DNA of 32,234 bases from Actinomycetota bacterium. Its GTDB lineage: Bacteria; Actinomycetota; Thermoleophilia; Gaiellales; Gaiellaceae. The position numbers and the translations under genes were made by a program. The DNA is taken from positions 1 through 32,234 of the forward strand of contig JBEQUF010000349.1 of the NCBI GenBank assembly GCA_040349295.1. Direction: 5' to 3'. This document shows, piece by piece, positions 15,788 to 24,546 of the stretch. Below the pieces are notes generated by a model. It was not told where the DNA came from. It searched no databases and saw nothing but the letters and a program-made list of their open reading frames with translations. Within the stretch, counting starts at the first letter, position 1, and every line of letters starts with the position of its first letter.

Positions 15788-16858
15788 TCAGACCCCCTGG
15801 AGGGTTCGCGGTGCAGGACCGACATAGGTCGCAGCCGGGCGCACGAGCACGCCGAGCCGCTTCTGTTCGAGGATGTGCGCGGACCAACCGGCCGTGCGCG
15901 AGCACGCGAACATCGCCGGCGCGAGCGTCGGCGGGACCTCGGCGACGTCGAGGACGACCGCCGACCAGTACTCGACGTTCGTCCACGAATGCGACGGGCT
16001 CTTCTTGGCGATCGCCTCGTGCGCGACCTGCTCGAGCTCCTCGGCCACGGCGACGCGCGGCGACCCGAGCTCCTTCGCGATGCGCTTGAGGACACGCGAG
16101 CGAGGATCCTCGGCGCGGTACACGCGATGCCCGAAGCCCATGATGCGCTCGCCGCGTGCGAGCGCCTCGGCGACCCACTTCTCCGCGTCGCCGCTCTCGG
16201 CGACGGCGTCGAGCATCGGCAGGACGCGTGCAGGCGCGCCGCCGTGCAGCGGCCCGCTGAGCGCGCCGACCGCGGACGAGAGCGCGGCGGCCGCGTCGGC
16301 ACCGGTGCTCGCGACGATGCGCGCGGTGAAGGTCGACGCGTTGAGCCCGTGCTCGGCCGTGCAGATCCAGTAGGCGTCGATCGCCCTGGCGTGCTTCTCG
16401 TCCACCTCGCCGCGCCAGGCGAGGAGGAAGCGCTCGGCGGCGGACTTCCCTTCGAGCACGCGCTCGGCCGGGATGGGCGGCGCATCGGCGCCGCGCGCCG
16501 ACTGCGCGACGATCGAGAGCGCGGCCGCGCTGAGGCGGCGCAGATCCTCTTTCGCCTGGTCGTCGTCGATGTCGATGAACTGGCCGAGCTTCCAGAGACC
16601 GCCCAGGCTCGCGAGCGCGGTCTGGACGTCGCCGATGTGGCTGCCGGTGCGCTGCTCGAGCTCCTCGTGCGCCGCCGGCAGGCCCGGCTCGAACGCCTCG
16701 TCGACGAGCAGGCCCCACACCTGCTCGAAGGGGATGCGGCCGACGAGCTCCTCGATGTTCACGCCGCGGTAGCGGAGCTCGCCGCCCTCCTTGTCGGGCT
16801 CGGCGATCTCGGTCTCGAACGCGACGACGCCGGCAAGACCTGGACTGAATTCGGTCAT
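15788..16858 (-). CDS. citA: citrate synthase family paralogue (short CitA type)
   Basis: Motifs: LRYRGVNIEEL, TAEHGLNASTF, GPLHGGAP, MGFGHRVYRAEDPR and NVEYWSAVV, which has Glu where the neighbouring gene has the NVDF Asp. Its stop is 1 nt from the downstream start codon. Confidence 0.85.
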   Translation of the reverse strand: MTEFSPGLAGVVAFETEIAEPDKEGGELRYRGVNIEELVGRIPFEQVWGLLVDEAFEPGLPAAHEELEQRTGSHIGDVQTALASLGGLWKLGQFIDIDDDQAKEDLRRLSAAALSIVAQSARGADAPPIPAERVLEGKSAAERFLLAWRGEVDEKHARAIDAYWICTAEHGLNASTFTARIVASTGADAAAALSSAVGALSGPLHGGAPARVLPMLDAVAESGDAEKWVAEALARGERIMGFGHRVYRAEDPRSRVLKRIAKELGSPRVAVAEELEQVAHEAIAKKSPSHSWTNVEYWSAVVLDVAEVPPTLAPAMFACSRTAGWSAHILEQKRLGVLVRPAATYVGPAPRTLQGV

Positions 16859-17754
16859 TCGTGCAATCCCTCCAACTCGAACTCGAGACCGATGTTCCGC
16901 TCCCGTGCGGCCTGCAACACGAGTGCCGCGGCGGCGAGGTCCTGGACGGCGACCCCGACCGACTTGTACAGCGTAATTTCGGTGGAACTGCCTCTGCCGG
17001 ATCTACCGCCCGACGCTAATTCGCCCAGCTCGACGACCACATCCGGGGAAACTCCCGACAGCTCGACGGCGCCGGCGGGCGGTGCGGCGAGCGCCGAATC
17101 CCGCGACTCGACACAGACGATCGCGGCCCGGCGCACGATCTCCGGATCGAGCTCCGAGCCCGGCGGGTTGTAGCCGACGGACGTCACATGCGCCCCTTCA
17201 GCGAGCCAGTCCGCATGGACGACGGGCTCGGCGGCGGCGGTCGTCGCGGCGACGACGTCGGCGCCCCGAACCACGTCCTCGAACTCGCCGCGGCCGGCCG
17301 TGCGGATCTCGGCGAGCTCGAGCGCGCGCGGGAACATCTCGCGTGCCGCGCGGGCCTGCACGCCGGTGCCGAGGATCGCGAGCACCCGGGCACCGTCGCG
17401 CGCGAGCAGCCGCGCCGACAGCGCAGCGGCGGCAGCCGTCCGCATCGCCGTGATGTAGCCGCCCTCCATCAGCGCCGCCGGCGTCCCCGTCTCCGGGTCG
17501 AAGAGGGCGATCGCGGCCTGGTGCGTCTCGCGGTCGCGGTTCTCGGGGAAGACGGAGACGAGCTTGGCGCCGAGTCCCGCCGAGGGCGCGAAGCCCGGCA
17601 TCGTCCCGAGCAGCCCCTTCGCCGTGAACGCCGCGATGCGCGGCGGCATCGAGACGGCCCCGGCCGAGAGCTCGACGTGCGCGGCCGCCAGGGCGTCGAT
17701 CAGCTTGTCGAGGTCGAGGCAGGCTTCGACGTCAGCGCGAGTGAGCAGCAACAT
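16855..17754 (-). CDS. ornithine cyclodeaminase / mu-crystallin family protein
   Basis: Motifs: LLTRADVEACLD, GGYITAMRTAAAAALSARLLA, Rossmann ILGTGVQARA, VTSVGY and LYKSVGVAVQD. An ATGA overlap joins it to the downstream citrate synthase paralogue. Confidence 0.85.
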   Translation of the reverse strand: MLLLTRADVEACLDLDKLIDALAAAHVELSAGAVSMPPRIAAFTAKGLLGTMPGFAPSAGLGAKLVSVFPENRDRETHQAAIALFDPETGTPAALMEGGYITAMRTAAAAALSARLLARDGARVLAILGTGVQARAAREMFPRALELAEIRTAGRGEFEDVVRGADVVAATTAAAEPVVHADWLAEGAHVTSVGYNPPGSELDPEIVRRAAIVCVESRDSALAAPPAGAVELSGVSPDVVVELGELASGGRSGRGSSTEITLYKSVGVAVQDLAAAALVLQAARERNIGLEFELEGLHE

Positions 17755-18988
17755 GTGCTGCAGACGGTACTCGCGGCGGCTTTTCGGGGGGCTTCGAGTC
17801 GACGAGGATGGCTGCGACGAGCAGCACGGCCATCGCGACGGCGCTCTCCGCGAGCAGCGAACGCATCAGCCCGCCGCCGGCCGACTCGATCCGCGGCAGC
17901 ACGACGAACTGGTGCAGCGCACCCCAGAGGAGCGCCACCGAGACGAGCGCGAGCTTGATCAGGAGGACGTGCCCGTAGGACGTCCGCCAGAGATCGTGGA
18001 GCGCCGGCAGCCGCTCGATCGAGAGATACGTCCCGGCGACGACGAGGACCGCGACGCAGACGGTGGCGAGCCGCGAGAAGCGGCGGAACGCGAGGCCGTC
18101 GCGCCGCACGAGCGCAAGCTGCACGAGGCCGCCGATCCAGAGCGTCGCCGCCGAGAGGTGGAACCAGTCGGCCACCGACTGCGCCGTCGTCGCCGACGAG
18201 TGCCCGGAGAGCGAGAGCCCGGAGCCGAGGCCGAGCGCGAGCACGAAGGCGATCCAGAGCAGCGCGCGACGCTCGACGAGCCACGCGAGGAAGACGAGCG
18301 CCGAGACGATCGCGAAGCCGAGCTCCATGACGACGAAGGCCTGTCCGAACCGGGTGCCGCCGGAGATCGGCGACAGGTCGCCGTAGAGGAACGCGCTGAA
18401 CGGGAGCTGCAGCGCGTCCTCCGCACGGAGCAGGAACGCCGTGATGCCGACCTCGAGCGTGACGACGACACCGGCACCGAGCAGCCACCAGTACCGCCGC
18501 CGGTCGCGGACCGGCGCGACGAGCAGCTCGAAGCCGAGACCGCCGGTCAGCAGCGCGAGCCCGACGAAGTAGAGCCAGCGCACCAGATCTTCCGTTCTCG
18601 TCGGGCCTTGCGCACCGACGGCGTCGCTGACGTTCGGCGCCGGCACGCGCACGCCGAACGTGTAGACGCCGCTGACGACGTGGCTGTCGGTCGAGAGGGC
18701 CTTCCAGCGGACGGTGTACGGGCCCTTCGGCAGCTTCTGCAGCGGCGCGACGATGCCGCGGTCGACGAGGCGCGCCCGGCCGGCGACGTTCCGGCCGTCG
18801 GCGTCGAAGACCTCGATCGCGTTCGGCAGCAGCTCGACCGTCTGGTCGAAGCGGATCAGCACCTCGCGCGGCGGAAAGGCCATCCGCTCGCGATACGCGG
18901 GCCACTCGGTGCGGATCGACGCATGCGCGAACGCCGACGCCGGCGCCGCGAGCGCGACGAGCACGGCGAGCACGAGCGCGCGCCTCAC
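17732..18988 (-). CDS. CopC-CopD fusion copper-handling membrane protein
   Basis: GTG at 18988. The signal peptide ends ASAFA, followed by HAS. The CopC domain reads VLIRFDQ...YTVRWKALSTDSHVVSGVYTFGV. It is followed by about 8 TM segments typical of CopD. Confidence 0.8.
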   Translation of the reverse strand: MRRALVLAVLVALAAPASAFAHASIRTEWPAYRERMAFPPREVLIRFDQTVELLPNAIEVFDADGRNVAGRARLVDRGIVAPLQKLPKGPYTVRWKALSTDSHVVSGVYTFGVRVPAPNVSDAVGAQGPTRTEDLVRWLYFVGLALLTGGLGFELLVAPVRDRRRYWWLLGAGVVVTLEVGITAFLLRAEDALQLPFSAFLYGDLSPISGGTRFGQAFVVMELGFAIVSALVFLAWLVERRALLWIAFVLALGLGSGLSLSGHSSATTAQSVADWFHLSAATLWIGGLVQLALVRRDGLAFRRFSRLATVCVAVLVVAGTYLSIERLPALHDLWRTSYGHVLLIKLALVSVALLWGALHQFVVLPRIESAGGGLMRSLLAESAVAMAVLLVAAILVDSKPPEKPPRVPSAAHVAAHSR

Positions 18989-19566
18989 CGGTGCGGCACT
19001 CCGGCGTACGTCGAGAGGTGCCCGAAGATCGGCGCCGTGTCCCGGTCGGCGAACAGCATCACGGCGACGACGATGAGCACGGTCGCGAACCCGCCGAGCG
19101 CGAGCGTCGACCGCGGCCGCCGCGCGCGCAGCAGCGGGAAGACCGCGCCCGCGACGAGCGTCCAGCCGAGCGCGTGGTGCAGCCACGCGGCCCGGTTGAA
19201 GAGCCAGTGCTGCTGCTCGTGGACGAGGAACGCCGTCCCCGAGACGAGCATCGCGAGCACCGAGCAGAGGCGCCACCAGCGCGAGTGCAGCTTGCCGGCG
19301 GCGAGCCCGAGCTCCGAGCCGCCGGCGAGCATCAGCACCTGCGCCCACGAGCCGTGCGCGACCATGTGGATCGTCGAGTTCGTATAGAAGGTCATGACGG
19401 GCCACATCAGGACGCCCATCGCGAACATCAGGCCGGGCAGGAGGTAGCGCCGCCACGCGCGCAGGCCCCACACCTCGCTGCCGACGATCGTCTCCGCGAG
19501 CGCGAGCATCCCGAGCAGCAGGAACCCGGTGGCGAACCACCAGTGCACCATCTCGGCGTGCGGCAT
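18985..19566 (-). CDS. His-rich integral membrane protein, unknown family
   Basis: ATG at 19566 (MPHAEMVHWWF). It has about 5-6 TM segments and the motifs HMVAH, HEQQH and WLHHALGW. A GTGA overlap joins it to the CopCD gene. Confidence 0.6.
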   Translation of the reverse strand: MPHAEMVHWWFATGFLLLGMLALAETIVGSEVWGLRAWRRYLLPGLMFAMGVLMWPVMTFYTNSTIHMVAHGSWAQVLMLAGGSELGLAAGKLHSRWWRLCSVLAMLVSGTAFLVHEQQHWLFNRAAWLHHALGWTLVAGAVFPLLRARRPRSTLALGGFATVLIVVAVMLFADRDTAPIFGHLSTYAGVPHR

Positions 19567-19847
19567 CACGGGCGGCGCTCCAGATCGCGGACGAGCGACG
19601 GCGCGACGAGGAAGCGGTAGACGAGCCCGGCCACGACGACGTAGAGCGGCGGCTCGGCGAGCAGCCACCAGAACCCCTGGTGGAACGGATGGAGGATCGT
19701 CAGCCGCCACGGCTGCACGACTGCCCAGAGGATCCCGGCGACGACCGCCGTCCAGCCGATCCCGAGCACGAGCTTCGGGCGCAGCGACGCGACGCGAGAC
19801 CGCTCGCGTGCCTGCTCCAGCCGTTCGTGCGCAAGCTCGGCGTTCAT
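19566..19847 (-). CDS. small (93 aa) two-TM membrane protein, unknown family
   Basis: A charged N-terminus followed by two hydrophobic helices. Its stop overlaps the next start by 1 nt (TGATG). Support comes from the coupling and the composition only. Confidence 0.45.
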   Translation of the reverse strand: MNAELAHERLEQARERSRVASLRPKLVLGIGWTAVVAGILWAVVQPWRLTILHPFHQGFWWLLAEPPLYVVVAGLVYRFLVAPSLVRDLERRP

Positions 19848-19887
19848 TGCCCTCGCAAGTAGTCTGCCCCTTGCGCGGGAGGCTGTG

Positions 19888-20274
19888 CTAGCCGAGGAGC
19901 GTCAGGTTCCAGTCGCCGCGATGCTCGGCGTCGAGCGAGAAGAGCAGCACGCGCTGCCAGGTCCCGAGGCAGAGGCCGCCCTCGCGGAACGGCACCGCCT
20001 CCGTGCGGGGGCCGAGCAGCGCCGAGACGATCCGCTCGCGCTGCGCGGTCCCGGAGGGGACGACGCGCTCGAGCAGCGTCTCGAAATCCTCGAAGAAGCC
20101 GGTCTCGCGCTCCTGGATCCGCACGACCGACGTGCAGGGGACGCCGTGGATGTAGGCGATGCCCTCCTTGCGGCCGTCGCCGGCGACGGCCTTCGCGACG
20201 TCGTTCGTGATGTCCATGACCGACAGCGTCGGCAGCGCCGCCGCGATCGAGTACGGGACCTCGATGCTCGTCAT
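19888..20274 (-). CDS. yjbQ: YjbQ/UPF0047 family protein (secondary thiamine-phosphate synthase-like)
   Basis: 128 aa. Motifs: ITNDVAKAV, GIAYIHGVPCTSVV, FEDFETLLERVVP and the C-terminal GTWQRVLLFSLD. An ATGA overlap joins it to ispH. Confidence 0.75.
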   Translation of the reverse strand: MTSIEVPYSIAAALPTLSVMDITNDVAKAVAGDGRKEGIAYIHGVPCTSVVRIQERETGFFEDFETLLERVVPSGTAQRERIVSALLGPRTEAVPFREGGLCLGTWQRVLLFSLDAEHRGDWNLTLLG

Positions 20275-21197
20275 GCGCGTGCGACCTCCTTGGGCAGTCG
20301 GAAATGGACGTCTTCGCGTGCAACGGTGATCTCTTCGAGCGTCTCGTGGCCGCGCGCGGCGAGCTCCGCCGCGACCGCCTGCACGAGCGCCTCGGGCGTC
20401 GAGGCGCCGGCGGTGAGGCCGATCGTCTCGTGGCCGTCGACGAGCTCGACCGGCAGCGGCGTCTCGCCGTCGACGAGCTGCGACTGCGCGCCCGCCGCCT
20501 GCGCGACCTCGACGAGGCGGACGGCGTTCGAGCTCGTCGGCGAGCCGATGACGAGCACGAGCGTCGCGCCGCGCTGGACCATCGCCTTGACCGCGTCCTG
20601 CCGGTTCTGCGTCGCGTAACAGATGTCGTCGGCGTGCGGCCGGCGCAGCGTCCCAAGGTTGTCCTCGAGCGCGTCGACGATCGGCGCGACGTCGTCGAGC
20701 GAGAGCGTCGTCTGCGTGACGACCGCCACCGGCTTGTCGGTGACGAGCGCCGCCGCCTCCTCGGGCGACTCGACGACGACGGTGGACTCCGGCCGCTCGC
20801 CGAGCGTCCCGATCACCTCGACGTGGTTCTTGTGGCCGACGAGCGCGACGAGGTGGCCGCTGTCGGCGTAGCGCCGGGCCTCGGCGTGCACCTTGTTGAC
20901 GAGCGGGCACGTCGCGTCGACGACGCGCAGGCCGCGCGCGGCGGCCGCCTCCTTCACGGCCGGCGCGACGCCGTGCGCGGAGAGGACGCAGATCTCGCCC
21001 TCGGGGATCTCGGACTCGTCCTCGACGAACACGGCGCCGAGATCCTCGAGCCGGCGCACGACGTTCTCGTTGTGGACGATCTGATGGCGCACGTAGACGG
21101 GCGCGCCGTGCTGCTCGAGCAGCCGCTCGACGATCTCGATCGCGCGGTCGACGCCGGCGCAGAACGAGCGCGGCGCAGCGAGGAGGACGCGGCCCAT
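20271..21197 (-). CDS. ispH: 4-hydroxy-3-methylbut-2-enyl diphosphate reductase
   Basis: The three cluster cysteines are in context: PRSFCAGV, DATCPLVNKVH and ICYATQNRQ. Also VIGSPTSSN. Confidence 0.92.
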   Translation of the reverse strand: MGRVLLAAPRSFCAGVDRAIEIVERLLEQHGAPVYVRHQIVHNENVVRRLEDLGAVFVEDESEIPEGEICVLSAHGVAPAVKEAAAARGLRVVDATCPLVNKVHAEARRYADSGHLVALVGHKNHVEVIGTLGERPESTVVVESPEEAAALVTDKPVAVVTQTTLSLDDVAPIVDALEDNLGTLRRPHADDICYATQNRQDAVKAMVQRGATLVLVIGSPTSSNAVRLVEVAQAAGAQSQLVDGETPLPVELVDGHETIGLTAGASTPEALVQAVAAELAARGHETLEEITVAREDVHFRLPKEVARA

Positions 21198-21763
21198 CAG
21201 CCGATCGCCTCCAGCACCTTCAGCGCGCGCACGGCGCCGCGCATCGAGCGGACCGCGTCGCCGCGCTTCGCCGCCACCCACTTCACGAGGCCGACGACGT
21301 CGGTGCGGCCGTCGGGATGCACGGTCGAGTCGACACCCTCGACGGTGCTGGCGACGTCGTCGCTGATCACCCGCACGACGCCGGCGAGCCTGCCGCTTCG
21401 CGCGAGGACGCCGCTCTCCATGTCGACCGCGTCGGCGCCGCTCGCAGCGTGCAGCCGCGCGCGCTCGGCGGGATCGTGCACGAGCACGTCCGAGCCGAGG
21501 ATCGTCGCGTGCCGGCCGACGCCGAGCCCGGCGCCCTCCCACAGCGTCGCACCCGACTCGTCGACGACGCGGGTCGCGTCGAGCACGTCGCCGATCGCGA
21601 GCCCGTCGCGCAGCGCGCCGGCGAGCCCGAACGAGACGAGCCTGCCCTCGGGGACGCCGTTCGCGACCCCGACGCCGACCCGCACGGTCGGCGCGCCGAG
21701 CTTCCGCGCGGCACGCTCCTCTGCAGTCGTGGCGACGGCCAACGTCAACCCGTCAAGGTCCAC
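21197..21763 (-). CDS. hpnG: hopanoid-associated phosphorylase / adenosylhopane nucleosidase (PNP_UDP_1 fold)
   Basis: Motifs: SFGLAGAL, GADAVDMES, VVRVISD. Its position between hpnH and ispH fits. The start is GTG 21763, or TTG 21748, which would make a TTGA overlap with the hpnH stop. Confidence 0.75.
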   Translation of the reverse strand: MDLDGLTLAVATTAEERAARKLGAPTVRVGVGVANGVPEGRLVSFGLAGALRDGLAIGDVLDATRVVDESGATLWEGAGLGVGRHATILGSDVLVHDPAERARLHAASGADAVDMESGVLARSGRLAGVVRVISDDVASTVEGVDSTVHPDGRTDVVGLVKWVAAKRGDAVRSMRGAVRALKVLEAIG

Positions 21764-22749
21764 GCCATGCTCCGCACCGTCTCCTTGAGCGAGCTCGACG
21801 ACGCGAACGCCGACGCGGGCTCGAACCCGGAGTGGATGCCGCAGTGCTCGCAGCGCGGGTCGTTGCCGGGGCCGTAGGAGTCCCAGTCCATCCCCTCGAG
21901 CAGTGCCTCGTACGTCGGGAAGATGCCGTCGGTCAGCAGGTAGCACGGGCCCTTCCAGCCGTACGGGTTGCGCGTGATCGAACCCCACGGCGCGCAGTCG
22001 AGCTTGCGCTCGCCGGTGAGGAAGTCCTGGTAGATCGGGGTCGCGATCCACCGGTAGCCGTGCTTGCGGACCGCCGAGCGGATCTCGCGGAACTTCGCCT
22101 CGTGCTCGGGGCGCGTCATCGTCAGCGCCGGGTCGATCTGCGAGTACTGGTAGCCCGGCGCGACGAGCATCCCGTCGATGCCGACCTCGTCGGTCAGGTA
22201 GCGCATCATCTCGATGACGTCGTCGACCTCCGTCTCCTTGAAGACGGTCGTGTTGGTCGTGACGCGGAAGCCGCGCGAGCGCGCGGTCTTGATCGCGTCG
22301 ACCGCGATGTCCCAGAGGCCCGGGTAGTCGCAGACGTAGTCGTGGATCTCGCGCATGCCGTCGAGGTGCACGACGAAGGTGAGCCGCTTCGAGGGCTCGA
22401 ACCACTCGAGGCACTGCTCGAGGCGCAGCGCGTTCGTGCACAGCTCGACCGTCTTGCCCATCTCGAGCATGCCCGCGACGACCTGCTCGATGCCCTTGTA
22501 GACGAGCGGCTCGCCGCCGCAGATCGAGACCACCGGGGCGGGGCACTGCAGGCCCGAGTCGAGACACTCCTCCACCGTCAGCCGGGCGCGGTTCGACTCG
22601 TACTCGCGAATCTTCCCGCAGCCGATGCAGGCGATGTTGCAGGCGAGCGTCGGCTCGAGCATGAGCACGAGCGGATAGCGGACGCCCTTGCGCTGCTGGG
22701 AGGCGACGTACTTGCCGATCGATGCCGTGGACTGGATGGGGAACTTCAT
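21745..22749 (-). CDS. hpnH: radical SAM adenosyl-hopene transferase
   Basis: ATG at 22749 (MKFPIQ). It has the CX3CX2C motif ACNIACIGCG, ICGGEPL, and a C-terminal Cys-rich region CEHCGIHSGFE. Confidence 0.9.
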   Translation of the reverse strand: MKFPIQSTASIGKYVASQQRKGVRYPLVLMLEPTLACNIACIGCGKIREYESNRARLTVEECLDSGLQCPAPVVSICGGEPLVYKGIEQVVAGMLEMGKTVELCTNALRLEQCLEWFEPSKRLTFVVHLDGMREIHDYVCDYPGLWDIAVDAIKTARSRGFRVTTNTTVFKETEVDDVIEMMRYLTDEVGIDGMLVAPGYQYSQIDPALTMTRPEHEAKFREIRSAVRKHGYRWIATPIYQDFLTGERKLDCAPWGSITRNPYGWKGPCYLLTDGIFPTYEALLEGMDWDSYGPGNDPRCEHCGIHSGFEPASAFASSSSLKETVRSMAWTLTG

Positions 22750-24536
22750 GTCGTCTGCAGCCTCTCTCTCATTCGACCCAGTGCGAGCAACGGAAAGCTG
22801 ATCCGGTACAGGTGATAGCGAATCATGAAATCCAACGGGAACCCCGTTCCCGTGAAGTGCTGCTCCTCCCAGTCCCCGTTCGCACGCTGGACACCGCAAA
22901 GATAATCGGCAGCCTTTTTCGCCCCGGGTCCCTCAGCGTTTCCTGCGGCGACGTAGCCGAGCAGCGCCCACGCGGTCTGTGACGGCGTCGCGAAGAGCGC
23001 GCGGCCGCGCCAGCTGCGGTCGCCGTAGCTCCGGATGTCCTCGCCGAAGCCGCCGTCCTCCCGCTGGACGGAGTCGAGCCAGGCGACGGCCCGCGTGAAG
23101 GCCGGGTGGTCGTGCGGCACGCCGCACGCCTCGAGCGCCGGCAGCGCCGCTCCGGTGCCGTAGAGGTGGTTGACGCCCCAGCGGCCGAACCACGAGCCGT
23201 CGCTCTCCTGCTCCTTCAGCAGCCAGCGGAGCCCGTGCTCGACGGCGTCGCCGTAGCGCGGGTCGGTGCCGAGCACCTCGAGCGCGTGCGCGGTGACGTC
23301 GGCGCTCGGCTCGTCCGTCACCTTCCCGAAGTCGCAGAACGGGATCTTGTAGAGCCACATGGCGCTGTTGTCGACGTCGAAGGCGCCCCAGCCGCCACCC
23401 TTCGACTGCATGCCGACGAGCCAGTCGAGCCCGCGCCGGACGGCGGCGTCGCCGAGCCCGAGCTCGCGCAGCGCCAGCGCGACGACGGCGGTGTCGTCGG
23501 TGTCGGCGTAGAGGTCGTTCTCGTACTCGAAGGCCCACCCGGCGGCGGGGAGGTCTGGCCGGCGCACGGCCCAGTCGCCGGCGACGGTCACCTCCTCGCG
23601 CAGGAGGTACTCGCCGGCCTTGACGAGCTGCGGGTGGTCGGCCGGCACGCCGCACGCGCGCAGCGCGAGCACGGCGAGCGCCGTGTCCCAGACGGGGGAC
23701 TGGCACGCCTCGGGGCGGAGCCGGTCGCCGTCCTCGACCATGAAGCCGTCCCAGCCGAGCACCGCCTTGCGGAGCGTCTCGTCGTGCTCGTCGTAGCCGA
23801 GCGCCTTGAGCGCGATGATCGACCAGACCCACGGCGGCTGGATGCCGCCCCAGGACCCGTCGGCTTCCTGCCTCGCCCGGATCCACTCCTCCGCCGCGCG
23901 CTGCGCCCTGCGACGGAGCGGCGTCGGGCGGCGCGGCGGCCGCGTGCGTCCCGGCTTGGCGCCGATCGCCGACAGGTCGACGTCGGTCGCCGCCACCGGC
24001 CGGAGCGACTGCGCGAGCGAGAGCGAGACGAACGTCTGGCGGGCCCAGCAGGCGAAGTTGTAGATCGAGAAGGGCGCCGACGGCGGGAACAGCACGAGCT
24101 CTGGCGGGATCGGGACCATCCGCTGCCACGGCCACTGGCCGAGCAGCGCGAGGAAGCACTTCGTGAAGAGGCGCGCCTTCGGGATCCCGCCCTGCGACTG
24201 GATGTAGCGGAGCGCCTTCTCGCCCGGATCGACGCCGAGCATGCGCAGCGCCACGTACGCCTCGACCGACGTGCTGAGGTCGGGCGGCCCCTCGTACCAG
24301 ATCGCCCACGTCCCGTCGTCGCGCATCCGCGCGAGCAGCTCGTTCGCGATCCGCCGGTCCGTGTCCGGCGTGCGCAGGCCGAGGTAGTGGGTCCAGAAGA
24401 CGTGCTGCGCCGTCATCGTCACGTTCGACTCGAGCTCGCCGACCCAGACGCCGTCGGCCCGCTGCAGCTCGAGCAGCCGGGCGACGCCGCGGTCGATCGT
24501 CGTGTCGAGATCCGTTTCGAGACGGACAGCCATCAC
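22746..24536 (-). CDS. shc: squalene-hopene cyclase
   Basis: About 595 aa with the DTDDTA catalytic motif (LYADTDDTAVVALAL) and repeated QW-type segments (QRADGVW, QEADGSWGG, MQSKGGGWGAF, QESDGSWFGRWG, QREDGGFG, QRANGDW). The start is GTG 24536 or ATG 24533. Confidence 0.95.
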   Translation of the reverse strand: MMAVRLETDLDTTIDRGVARLLELQRADGVWVGELESNVTMTAQHVFWTHYLGLRTPDTDRRIANELLARMRDDGTWAIWYEGPPDLSTSVEAYVALRMLGVDPGEKALRYIQSQGGIPKARLFTKCFLALLGQWPWQRMVPIPPELVLFPPSAPFSIYNFACWARQTFVSLSLAQSLRPVAATDVDLSAIGAKPGRTRPPRRPTPLRRRAQRAAEEWIRARQEADGSWGGIQPPWVWSIIALKALGYDEHDETLRKAVLGWDGFMVEDGDRLRPEACQSPVWDTALAVLALRACGVPADHPQLVKAGEYLLREEVTVAGDWAVRRPDLPAAGWAFEYENDLYADTDDTAVVALALRELGLGDAAVRRGLDWLVGMQSKGGGWGAFDVDNSAMWLYKIPFCDFGKVTDEPSADVTAHALEVLGTDPRYGDAVEHGLRWLLKEQESDGSWFGRWGVNHLYGTGAALPALEACGVPHDHPAFTRAVAWLDSVQREDGGFGEDIRSYGDRSWRGRALFATPSQTAWALLGYVAAGNAEGPGAKKAADYLCGVQRANGDWEEQHFTGTGFPLDFMIRYHLYRISFPLLALGRMRERLQTT

Positions 24537-24546
24537 CGAAAATGTG

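Noticed and set aside
19848-19887. Terminator separating the hopanoid genes from the copper genes.
   Set aside because: There is only a 6-bp stem (cgcaag/cttgcg, 19854-19875) with a 10-nt loop and no U-tract. That is too weak to call, so operon continuity is left as an open question.
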